NCBI GenBank assembly: GCA_964016885.1
Contig: OZ024744.1
Location: 71,052,001 to 71,116,000, forward strand
Length of the DNA stretch: 64,000 bases
Reading direction: 5' to 3'
Origin: Eledone cirrhosa
Lineage: Eukaryota
Part shown: positions 29,420 through 39,972 of the stretch, in pieces
Layout: the number at the start of each line of letters is the position of its first letter
Numbering within the stretch: position 1 is the stretch's first letter
Made by a program: the position numbers and the translations under genes
Notes under the pieces: model-generated
What the model was told of the DNA's origin: nothing
The model's input: only the letters and a program-made list of their open reading frames with translations
The model's database searches: none

Positions 29420-29725
29420 TAATAATTGTTTCGACTTTTGGCACAAGGCCAGCAATTACCCAGTGCATTACTGGTACTTTATTTTATCGACCCCGTAAGG
29501 ATGAAAGGCAAAGTTAACCTCGGCTAATAATAATAATAATAATGATTTCTACTATTGGCACAAGGCCAGCAATTTGGAGAGAGGGGAAAGTCATTTAAAT
29601 CAACTCCAGTGCATTACTGGTGCTTTATTTTATTGACCCCATAAGGATGAAAGGCAAAGCTAACCTCGGAGGGATTTGAAATCAGAAAGCAAAGGGCCAT
29701 AACTCTATGCCACTAAGCCTTTTGT
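29420..29725 (-). mobile_element. Two Meta-type SINE fragments in (TAA)n
   Basis: Inverted core and tail twice. Confidence 0.85.
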
Positions 29726-29829
29726 CTAATAATAATAGTAATGATGATGATGATGATGATGATGATGATAAGAATATCATCATCAATGACAAGAACAACA
29801 ATAATAACAATAATAATAAAATAATGGTC

Positions 29830-30080
29830 AGAACAACCATTTGACCAATACTCCAAAATTCATTAAGAAGCACTGGACTAAAGGGCAAGACTGAAGGATT
29901 TCTAATTGCAGCACAAGATCTCAGCCTCCCCCACCAGAAGCCACCAAAGATACACAATGAAACACAGCAACTAACTGCAGAATATGGGAAGTTGTAGAAG
30001 AAACAATTAAACACATTATCTCTGGATCCCCAGTCTTAGTTTTAAAAAGGATATATCCACAAACATGATAGAGTTGGGAT
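29830..30080 (+). mobile_element. R4/Dong-like LINE fragment (Zn-knuckle region)
   Basis: GLKGKTEGFLIAAQD..NCRI..EETIKHIISG..YIHKHDRVG across frameshifts. Confidence 0.7.
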
Positions 30081-30666
30081 TTACAAACATCACAAGTTAG
30101 ATAAGAGACCTTTTGAGTTGACAATTATTTCAAACATAAAATTCAAATAATATGTGTTCCTTATTGTTACCTTAACATATCTTTAAAGTGAATGTTAAGT
30201 AAGCTATACATGGCTATGAGAAACATATACATATACACCAGGTCCGAACACAAAGGAACCAAACTCCCACTGCCGTTGCCTCCGTCTCTTTCCCTCTCCC
30301 CTTCTCTCACTAATATGAACAAATGGAGGCCCACACGCTTGCCGCTCCGCAGCCTCAGCAGACAGAATAGAGAAGGCACTTTCCTGGGGGATGGTGAGGG
30401 AGATGCACTGCAGGAGCCATTCCAGCTTGCGAGGTTCACACCGGCAGGTAGCCAACTCTGTGCTAATAGTAGTGAGTAGGGAGGTGGCCCCTAGGGTCAA
30501 GGATACCAGAAGTTTCCACTGCTACGGGTTCGACTGCAAACCTGTTGGAGAGTGACCGATATCAACACTATGGAATACCAACAGAAATAGTGATTGTACA
30601 CGACTTACAAATATATGCAACATACTGAACAAAGTACTGTATGAATGATTTTAAAATACACACTGA

Positions 30667-30849
30667 CAACAACAGCAGCAGTAGCAGCAGTAGCAGCAGT
30701 AGCAATAACAACGACAGCAGCAGCAGTGGTGGTGGTGGTGGTGGTGGTGGTGGTGGTGGTGGTGGTGGTGGTGGTGATGGTGGTGGTGGTGGTGGTGGTA
30801 GTAGTAGTAGTGGTGGTGGTGGTGGTGGTGGTGGTGGTGGTGGTGGTAA

Positions 30850-30886
<37 letters not shown>

Positions 30887-31169
30887 GGTGGTGGTGGCGG
30901 TGGTGGTGGTGGTGGTGGTGGTGGTGGTGGTGGTGGTGGTGGTGGTGGTGGTAGTAGTAGTAGTAGTAGTGGTGGTGGTGGTGGTGGTGGTGGTGGTAGT
31001 AGTAGTAGTAGTAATAGTGGTGGTGGTGGTGGTGGCGGTGGCGGTGGTGGTGGTGGTGGTGGTGGTAGTAGTAGTGGTAGTAATAGTAGTGGTGGTGGTG
31101 GTGGTGGTGGTGGTGGTGGTGGTGGTTTTGGTAGTAGTAGCAACAACAGCAGCAGTAGTAGTAGTAGTA
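30667..31169. repeat. (GGT)/(AGT)/(CAG) array
   Basis: Directly visible. Confidence 0.95.
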
Positions 31170-31384
31170 AATGTCGATTATCCAAGAGAGGCAATTTAGA
31201 AATGAACATTAAAAAAAATAATAATGATAATAATAAATGGAATTACGTCCCATGAATGTATCATAGACGACATCACCTGTGTTATTGATTTTCAAGCGAC
31301 TTGTTTTCAATCATATTTAATCATTGATGTTTGTAGCTTTTAATTAATAGTCTATTATAGTTACTAGTCATATAAAGCTCAAAC

Positions 31385-31640
31385 AACTGTCTACCAGTGC
31401 AGACTCTGTTGCCAGCCAAGCCGAAGAAGGCAAAATTTCCAAGTATCGAGGCTGCTCTCAAATAGGTTTGTGGTAGAGCTTGTAGCAGTGGTGACTTCTG
31501 GCATTCTTGGCCCCTTGGCCCCTGGACCACATCCCTACTCACTGTCATCAGGGCAGAGTTGGCCACCCACAGCCATGAGCACTACGAAGTGGAGTGGCTG
31601 TATCAACAGGTCTCCCTCTGGGGCAATACATTCTTGGCCA
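31385..31640 (+). mobile_element. CRE-like LINE C-terminal remnant
   Basis: ASQAEEGKISKY..VAVVTSGILGP..WGN pattern. Confidence 0.45.
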
Positions 31641-32069
31641 GAACCCAGAAGTAGAGGGCAAGTTAGTTGGTAGTGGATAATACTCGTTCACTTCAACAAC
31701 TAAAGTATATTTATATATGAAGTATTTCTTTTAATTATATGATTCTATCAATACTGAAGTAGAGACAATTGAGGTACAGTGGCGGTGGATGTGGGTGGGG
31801 TGTAATAAAAATGTAAATCCAACAAGATCTGACAGCAAGGTCTCCAAATGCTATGTTTGTAACTGTACTTTCAATTATAAACACATATAATAAATTTGAA
31901 TGATTATTGCTAGGAACCTCAGAAATATAATGTATCAAAATACATGACCAGAGTGAGAGAAAGAAAAAAAAATGAGGGTGGACAAAAAAAAAACGACCAT
32001 CAATTCACCACCAAGTGCGACAATCAGCCACACAGCACAAGGGTTAATGGAATATTTTGAGGCAAGTCA

Positions 32070-32237
32070 ATATGCTTGCAGCATTACCATGGGTGATGGC
32101 AAGGCTAAGGTGCTAAAACAGTCAAGCACCTTCACGGGCATCACCTGACACCTCAGTAAGGTGTGCTGCCAACGATGACAAGAATTTCGCTGTCAGCGGC
32201 CTAACTCCACCAAATGTCTCAAATGTCACAGTCTGGA
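32070..32237 (-). mobile_element. CRE-like LINE C-terminal remnant
   Basis: FETFGGVRPLTAKFLSSLAAHLTEVSGDAREGA*LF*HLSLAITHGNAASI. Confidence 0.65.
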
Positions 32238-32344
32238 AAAAAATAATTCAGCTAAGCATTATACCAATAACATGAAAAGTAAACAAGACAACCCAACAGA
32301 TCATTTTTTTTTTTTTTGTGAAGTCCTTTTCTGACTTTCAAATA

Positions 32345-33110
32345 TGTAGAGCACTGGCCTGGAATGCATTTCATAAACTGGATAAAATTTGGAAATCTAA
32401 TACATCAAACAAACTTAAAATCAGCCTGTTTAGAACTACAGTAGAGCCTATCTTTCTCTATAGTTCTGAGACTTGAATCTTGCACTCCCGTAAACAGGGT
32501 CATTTAGATTAGGGGTTTTCAAACTTTTGGGGCCACTGTCACCCAAAAATACCTTCAGTGCCCCCACCCCTATTTCCAGGGAGACCTGCCTACATGTAAA
32601 TTGTAAATAAAATTGTTAATATATATATAATAAATAATATAATATATACTATGTATAAATAAATATTATATATTTTTTATTTTACTATATTTATATATAA
32701 TATGCATTTGATATTTAATATACTATTATATCATCTCCAGTGCCCTCTGGACCTTCTCAACACCCCCTCGTGGGAGGCCACTTTGAGAACCTCTGATTTA
32801 GATAGATGTTACACTACATTCTGAGAAAGGCTCAAAATATTTTATGGCAGACCCACCCTATGCTTAATCAGATATTGAAAAATCCCAAAAGTAAGAACAC
32901 GACTGATTGAACATCATACAAGGTTTGCTGGTGACTGCTTCTGCACAAAAGATGAGATAGTTTCAGACCTCTTGTGAGAGATCTCCTCTACCAGAAAGCT
33001 CAGATACCAGGATACCATAGCAAGAGAGATTGAAATTATCAAGAATGACCTACAAACCTTGATGAGAAACTGAGATTGTTGGTGTGAAGTTGTGTTTGCT
33101 GTCTTGCCAA
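32345..33110 (+). mobile_element. Old RTE-like LINE 3' fragment
   Basis: ALAWNAFHKLDKIWKSN..LKISLFRTTVEPIFLYSSET. Confidence 0.65.
32510..32795. mobile_element. hAT-type MITE with 8-bp TSD
   Basis: Termini taggggttttcaaa / tttgagaacctctg; TSD ATTTAGAT at 32502-32509 and 32796-32803. Confidence 0.9.
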
Positions 33111-33444
33111 AGGGCAGTGGATGAAGTAAGATCTGTAAATTACATAGTGTTAATGAGTGAACAGAATGGAAAAAATGGTAATCTCAGATTTTTTTTATAA
33201 GACAATATACTCTGTAGTCTTATATAGTGGTGCTTTAGGAACTGTTTGTAGAATGAAGTAGTATAAATATTTTTTGGACATATTACCACATCAAGATACT
33301 GGAGAGAAAAAGAACATACAGGTTTGAAGATGGAGAAAGATGAAATTAAAATAAAGTACCACTGAAGTTGATTTTATTGATTTTCCTCTTCCCTTCAAAT
33401 TCTTGGAATTGTATCAAATGTAGAAACAATTATTATATTTACAT

Positions 33445-33660
33445 TAATATTGGCAATATCAGTAGAGCGTTGGATAATATGCTTTAAAGTATAGAGTTAT
33501 GGACCTTTATATTCTGAGTTCTATTCTAAAGTTGCCTTTGAACTTTCATCCTGATGGGGTTGATAAAATAAAGTATTAGTAAGACACTGTTGTTGATTTA
33601 ATCGAATTTTCCCTTTCCTAAAATTGTCGACCTCGAGCCTAAATCAAAAACTTTTATTAT
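33445..33660 (+). mobile_element. Diverged Meta-type SINE
   Basis: tggcaatatcag..gagttc..tttcatcctgatggggttgataaaataaagt. Confidence 0.7.
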
Positions 33661-33713
33661 ATTTGCATTATAAGACTTTTACCACAAATAAGTAAGTGTA
33701 ATTAAAGAATGAA

Positions 33714-33912
33714 CCCTTTAGCATTTAAACCAGTCACATCCGGCCAAAATTCTCTCACCTCTTTCTTTTCAAACTGGTCATAACTGGTATTGTTCTCAAA
33801 ATAAATGATATCAAAATCTCATAGATTCGATATTATGTGAGATAATTATGTGAAATAAATCTTTACTGTGAAAATACAATAATAAATATAGACTAATGTA
33901 AATGCTAAAGGG
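33714..33912 (+). mobile_element. piggyBac-type MITE
   Basis: ccctttagcattta...taaatgctaaaggg terminal inverted repeats; TTAA flanks degenerate. Confidence 0.7.
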
Positions 33913-34499
33913 TTATTCATTAAGGAAATTGCCACCAAAAGCAGACGAGAGAAAATAAATATTGCATCAAAACTATATTGGCAATTCAGCCATTTTATTG
34001 GTAAAGTGTGATGTGATCTTGTTAAAAATGCTATAACAAAAGATGTAGGATTTGTGAAGATTTTTCCAAAACCTTTCTAATTCATGTGAAATATGAATCC
34101 GATATAAGAAGACAAAACCTATTGTTAGGTTCTCACTAGAAACATATTTTAATGAAACTGTTGCTAAGGAACTTTTCTTTACCATTTGTCTATGGTTTTC
34201 AAATCATTTTGAAAATAATAAAGAATGTGAAGGATTTTAGTAGTATAGCTAAATTTCTAATTAATAAGTTGGTGTTAGGAACATAACTTAACAAAGGCTC
34301 TTACATAAAATTATGTTGGAAGGTTTTTAGATAAATGTACATAATTTAAAAACAAATGGTTTTGTATCATAGAATCAGGGATGGTTTGGTATCAAAAGAT
34401 GGTTTGGTATCAGAGGCAATATGATAATGGAACAAAATAGAGTGATGAAGTTAGGCTTTGTCGTAAGGAAAGTTCTGAAATCTTTAGTGTTTTCTTTAA

Positions 34500-34712
34500 C
34501 CCTTTGCCATTTACATTACTTAATATTTACTTTTGTATTTTCATGGTAAATTTTCATAATTATTTCACATAATATCAAATATATGAGATTTTGATATTAT
34601 TTATTTTGAGAACAATACCATAACATCAGCATGAGCAACAGATTACTGCCGGTTTAAACTGAAGGAGGTGAGAGAATTTTGGCAGGATATAGCCAATTTA
34701 AATACTAAAGGG
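34500..34712 (-). mobile_element. piggyBac-type MITE (inverted copy of 33714-33912)
   Basis: TTAA-ccctttgccattta...taaatactaaaggg-TTAA. Confidence 0.8.
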
Positions 34713-36535
34713 TTAAACACTGGATAGCCTATTTTGGGACTCTAAGCTCTATTCTGATTGATAATAACAGAGAAAGTATTTCTACCAGTGGAGTTGTAGC
34801 AAGCAACCTGAATGCTATGTATGTTGCTAGAAAAAAAGTTTTATAGACAGGCTCCATAACTTATTTAAAGTCAAGTTTGAAAAAAATGGTAGAGTTTCAG
34901 TATATTGGATAAGATGTTAACTTTGTAATGATTTAGCAGAAAATATCTAAAAACAGGTTTGTTGATACAAATCTTTATAGTATACAGATTGTTATGCAAA
35001 TTTGCCACATTAAAGTAAAGACTTGGATTTTTTAATGTGCTGCAACCATAGTGCTGTTTTGTATTTTTCAAGAATGTTTTGCTAATGTAGTTTCATATGG
35101 TACAGGACGTCAAGAGATAAAGAAAAGGGGAGAATATTATAAGGTGATTACATAAAGAAGCTAAAATATATTCCAGTTGAAAATAACAGAAACTTAAAAG
35201 ATAGGATATCAATAACAGAGATTACAGAAATCAGATAACTATAAAGTCAACTAAATTGTTTAGCCACACAAACTGGATCAAATTTCAATTATATGTTAAA
35301 GAATTACCATTTATACTCAAATATAAGTTGATCCAAATATAAGCCAACCCTTTTTATGTTTGAGAAATAGGCAAAAATCCAAACCATATTTAGATGGTGC
35401 AGATTTGAAATTCTCAAGTGGAGAATATATTTATGAAGTTTTAATATTTTGATATTCAAAACATTCTAAGTGTTATTTAAAGTATAGTTTGTTTCACAAT
35501 TCCAATACATAAGGATTTTTTTAGCAAATTCTGACTGTTTTGAAGGCCATATTCATTCAAAATATATATATAAACAATAGGAAACACGAATTTCATGTCC
35601 AAAGTGAAACTGGTGTGATGTTCTCCTCCAAAGTGAAACACGTGTAATGTCCAAAGCTAAAATATTTTAGAACCTCATTTACATAGAATTTTAAAGTTGG
35701 TGAAAATTGGCAAAATATTGACCTTGAATAATACCATTGATTTTTTTATCACATATTTCTTGGCATATATTCAATTTCATGCAGTAAGATCCATTTCAAA
35801 CACGAAAAGATGTGTATTAAACAAGTTAATAAAACAGTAAAGAAAGCAAAGAAGGAAACATATCAAATTGAAATCTTCAATAAGAAGCCTTCAGCATTTA
35901 CAAATAACGGTATTTAATGATGCTATCTTTACCAATATGAAAAATGGGGGTAAAAAAATAAAAGCTGTATTACTTTTCTGGGGTGTAACAACAATAAAAA
36001 TATGTCCATTGTTTGACAATCCAAATTTATAAGGAGAATTGTCAAAAGCTGCCAAGCTGTTGAAACTCTGACAATAAATATGACAGATATGGTGGACATG
36101 ATGGAAACATGAAGGATTTTTTTGTTTGTTTTTTCTAGAAAACTATCACTGGAACTGTTTATAGTTAGAGAATAATATTGAAACTATAGAAATTAATTGC
36201 CAAATAGACAATTTTTACCTATATGATGTAGTTCACTCAACAACACAACTATTTAGACAAAAGACTTCTTGTAGAGATGGCTATGTTGAGAGAAATGATA
36301 AACAAGTAAATTGCATGGATATCGTGGATACTAAAAGACATGCAAGTTGCTAACACATTGACGAAAAGAAGGAGTGGGTACTATCTTTTAAAATCCTTAG
36401 ATTTATTTCAGAGCCTAAGGAATCCTCATTTTAATTGATACAACTGCATTCATTTTTTTTTCTTTTACAGTTGAACACCTGGTGTTAACATTGGGTCACA
36501 ACTGCTAGATATCAACCAAAACAGAATCAGGGAAA

Positions 36536-36898
36536 TAGTGTACCCCGGCATTCGCGACCCTGGTTATTCACAGAATTTTCCTTAGAACCTAACTAACAAT
36601 TGTACCTGGAAACCACTGCCCATTCACGGAATCATTAATATTTTCCACGATTTTTTTAATAGCTTTTTCCGTGGCAATATATATATTTTTAACACTAAAT
36701 TATTAATAACAAAATACCATATTTGCTGGCCTATTAGACGCCCCTTTGCATAAGACGTTCCCTCTTTTTTTAAATTATATTTGATGTTATATTTTGACGT
36801 TTGTAAGCATTTTTATGTACCACATCCAATATTCGCCGTTTTTCCCTCTTTGCGGGTGCTCTAAGAACATAACCCCTGCGAATACCGGGGGACTACTG
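36536..36898. mobile_element. Tc1/mariner (Tigger-like) MITE
   Basis: tagtgtaccccggcattcgcg ... gcgaataccgggggactactg-TA. Confidence 0.65.
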
Positions 36899-37279
36899 TA
36901 CTGTCGTTAATACAAGGGAGACAACTTAAAAATAAACATTAAAATCCTCATTATCATCATCATTTTACATCTGCTTTCCATGTTGGCATGGGTCGAACAA
37001 ATTGTCATTATCTGAGACCAGATAGGTCAGAGAGTGCTCATCTTGCTCAGGCTTCTATATTTAGCATGGTTTCTGTGCCAAACATCTTATAGAGTTTACT
37101 GGGTGCATTTTATTGGCAAACCAGTACTAACACTTTACATAGTGTACTGGATACATTTTAACATGGCAGCAGCACTAGAGTTGTTGTCGTATAATTGACC
37201 AGACTAGGGACTCCTCTCTAAAATAGATAGTTTTCATTCTGGAACAATGACACTTGAATGAGAACATCATCACCTGTGT

Positions 37280-37425
37280 CAGGCATGGGCAACATTTTTC
37301 AAACAGTGGGCTATATAGGATGTGGTTCATCATAAGGTGGGCCACACTACTAAAAGGTTCAAGGTAATTTTGAAATTAGTCATGTCATTTAGAAAGCCAA
37401 ATGGACCACAGTTTGTCCATGTCTG
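37280..37425. mobile_element. hAT-type MITE
   Basis: caggcatgggcaac...gtttgtccatgtctg; decayed 8-bp TSD acctgtgt/acctagat; empty paralogous site near 31275. Confidence 0.75.
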
Positions 37426-37555
37426 ACCTAGATTATTGATTTTCAGGAACTTATTTTGAATCAGATTTTATTGTTGATGTTTGTAGTTTTAAATTAATCA
37501 CTGTGCATTTGTGAGTGAATAATAATAATATTAATAATATCATAATATTATTAAC

Positions 37556-37741
37556 TGAATTGGCAGTATCGGTAGAAGGTCGGACGCCATGCTTTCCAGC
37601 ATAGTTACGTCCCTTTACGATCTGAGTTCAAATCCCGCTGAGGTTGACTTTGCTTTTCATCCTTACGGGGTCGATAAAATAAAGTACCAGTAATACACTG
37701 GGTAATTGCTGGCCTTGTGCCTAAAGTAGAAACAATTATTA
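37556..37741 (+). mobile_element. Young full-length Meta-type SINE
   Basis: Near-identical (inverted) to 26528-26710. Confidence 0.9.
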
Positions 37742-38180
37742 ACTATCAGTGGTACCTGGCGTCGCCAACAGACCTAATCGTGGAAAAACTGCATGCCTGG
37801 ACAATATGTAAAGAAAGATGTAAAAAAGCCCTAAATAGCTAAAAAATGAAGTTTTCCACCTAATGCGGGCTCTAGGCTATAAAAAAAAGTTGGATTTTCT
37901 TTGCTCACGGACTGACTAATACATAGTTACAATTTCAAGGAAATCGGTCTGACGTAACGCCTCAAAAAAACCCTAAAAAGCTGAAAAAATGCAGTTTTTC
38001 ACCTGATGCAGGCCCTAGGGGATCAAAAAGTTGAATTTTTTATGTGTATAACACTCCCTGAAACATAAATAATACACATGTAAAGTTTGAAAAAAAGACA
38101 GTTGGGTACTTCTCGAGTTTTAGGGATTCAAACTCTCAGACTCACACATAGACAGACATCCTCAGTTTTATATATATAGA
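37742..38180 (-). mobile_element. Non-autonomous Helitron-like element 1
   Basis: Minus 5' TCtatatatataaaactgaggatgtctgtc; degenerate 3' end gacgccaggtaccactgatag. Confidence 0.6.
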
Positions 38181-38711
38181 CTAGCAGAAAACCACCCGGT
38201 GGGCGGTTTTCTGCTAGCAAATCTAGTGTATATACTGATATTGTTGAGATTTGGATGAGAAATGTTTTCGGTACCCCATGTTCACCGTCTCTCGGTGTGT
38301 CTTTTATGCATGTATAAATATATATGTTATCTATACGGTGAAATCTTTGAAATAAATATATGTTAAAACGAAAAAGGAGAAAAAGAGATTAGTGACGGAA
38401 ATATAAACGTTATGATATAACGATGGAAATATATCTTCAAATGGTCCTTGGCATGGTGTCAAGTCAGAACCGCCTCGAACTGGTTACTTCTGGCTTGTGT
38501 AAGGTGTCTCTATAACAACCAGCGATTCCCTCGGCCTCAGTGACCAAAGTCAGTGGAGAGGGGAAGGTGTAATGTTTCTATAGCGACAGTGTTTCTCTTG
38601 GTAGTACCAAAGTGGAGAAAGGAAGGGGAAGGTAATATTTCTGTAGCACCTACATTTGAGTTTTAGGGAAGGACAGACAGACAGACAAACAGAGAAATTC
38701 CCATATATTTC

Positions 38712-38760
<49 letters not shown>

Positions 38761-38786
38761 CACACACAGAAATGTATATATATTTC

Positions 38787-38821
<35 letters not shown>

Positions 38822-39009
38822 CGAAGGAAATGTGGTAAGGAACCAGGTGGACCATAACGCACCAAAGTACTCAATACTTGAGGTAGTAGAGTGGGTAATA
38901 GGAACCAGTAAGACCCCGACAGCTGAGCTCAAGCCGTTTCGACGGCTAATTCTGGACCAGAATTAGCCGTCGAAACGGCTTGAGCTCAGCTGTCGGGGTC
39001 TTACTGGTT

Positions 39010-39074
<65 letters not shown>

Positions 39075-39557
39075 CACACACAGAAATGTATATATATTTC
39101 TGTGTGTATATATATATATTTCTGTGTGTGTATATATATATATATATATTACACACACAGAAATCTATATATATTTCTGTGTGTATATATATATATATTG
39201 CACACACAGAAATGTATATATATTTCTGTGTGTATATATATATATATTTCTGTGTGTGTATATATATATATATTACACACACACAGAAATGTATATATAT
39301 TTCTGTGTGTATATATATATATATTTCTGTGTGTGTATATATATATATATTACACACACACAGAAATGTATATATGTTTCTGTAGCACTCCTCAATTCCC
39401 CCCTCTCTCCCTCCCGCTATCCCCCTCTTGTAGTCTGTCTCTTTCTTTCACTCTCACTCTCTCTCTACGCGTCGCGTGTGCAAAAAACATTCGCACGCGC
39501 GCACGTATTTCCACTGTCGGACAGACAGACAGAGAAATTGCTGGTTATATAAGGAGA
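38181..39557 (-). mobile_element. Non-autonomous Helitron-like element 2, composite
   Basis: Minus 5' a-TCtccttatataaccagc..(tctg)n; 3' ccgggtggttttctgCTAG-t; contains a palindrome and a palindromic satellite. Confidence 0.6.
38898..39014. repeat. Perfect inverted repeat, 58-bp arms, 1-nt centre at 38956
   Basis: ataggaaccagtaagacc..ggctaattctgg-a-ccagaattagcc..ggtcttactggttcctat. Confidence 0.95.
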
Positions 39558-39786
39558 TATTTAGTTTGTTTACAAGTAAACAGCCTCATAAAACACCACA
39601 TGGCAGATGACAGCGTAATCTTTTTGTTCCAGCAGTATCTGAGAGAAAACAATCACGGGCTTTCCATTTAAGCTGAACAAAATTAACGAAATTCTAATTA
39701 AAAAAATTTTTTTTTTCTTTTATCAACATTTTATAATAATATTATCCTTTTATCATCAAACAACAACTTTTAAAGAAGCTTATAAT

Positions 39787-39813
39787 TTGGTGGTGGAGGT
39801 GGTGATGATAATG

Positions 39814-39845
<32 letters not shown>

Positions 39846-39850
39846 AATGT

Positions 39851-39900
<50 letters not shown>

Positions 39901-39972
39901 GTGGTGGTGGTGGTGGTGGTGGTGATGATGGTGATGATGATGATTATGATCATGTCGATGATAATAATAATA
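39787..39972. repeat. (GAT)/(GGT)/(TAA) microsatellite
   Basis: Directly visible. Confidence 0.9.

Noticed and set aside
30568-31255. Gly/Ser-rich or Pro-rich ORFs
   Set aside because: (GGT)/(AGT) microsatellite; no splice or domain support.
36452-36530. Strong splice acceptor (ttttcttttacag)
   Set aside because: Stops in all three frames within 40 nt and no clear donor.
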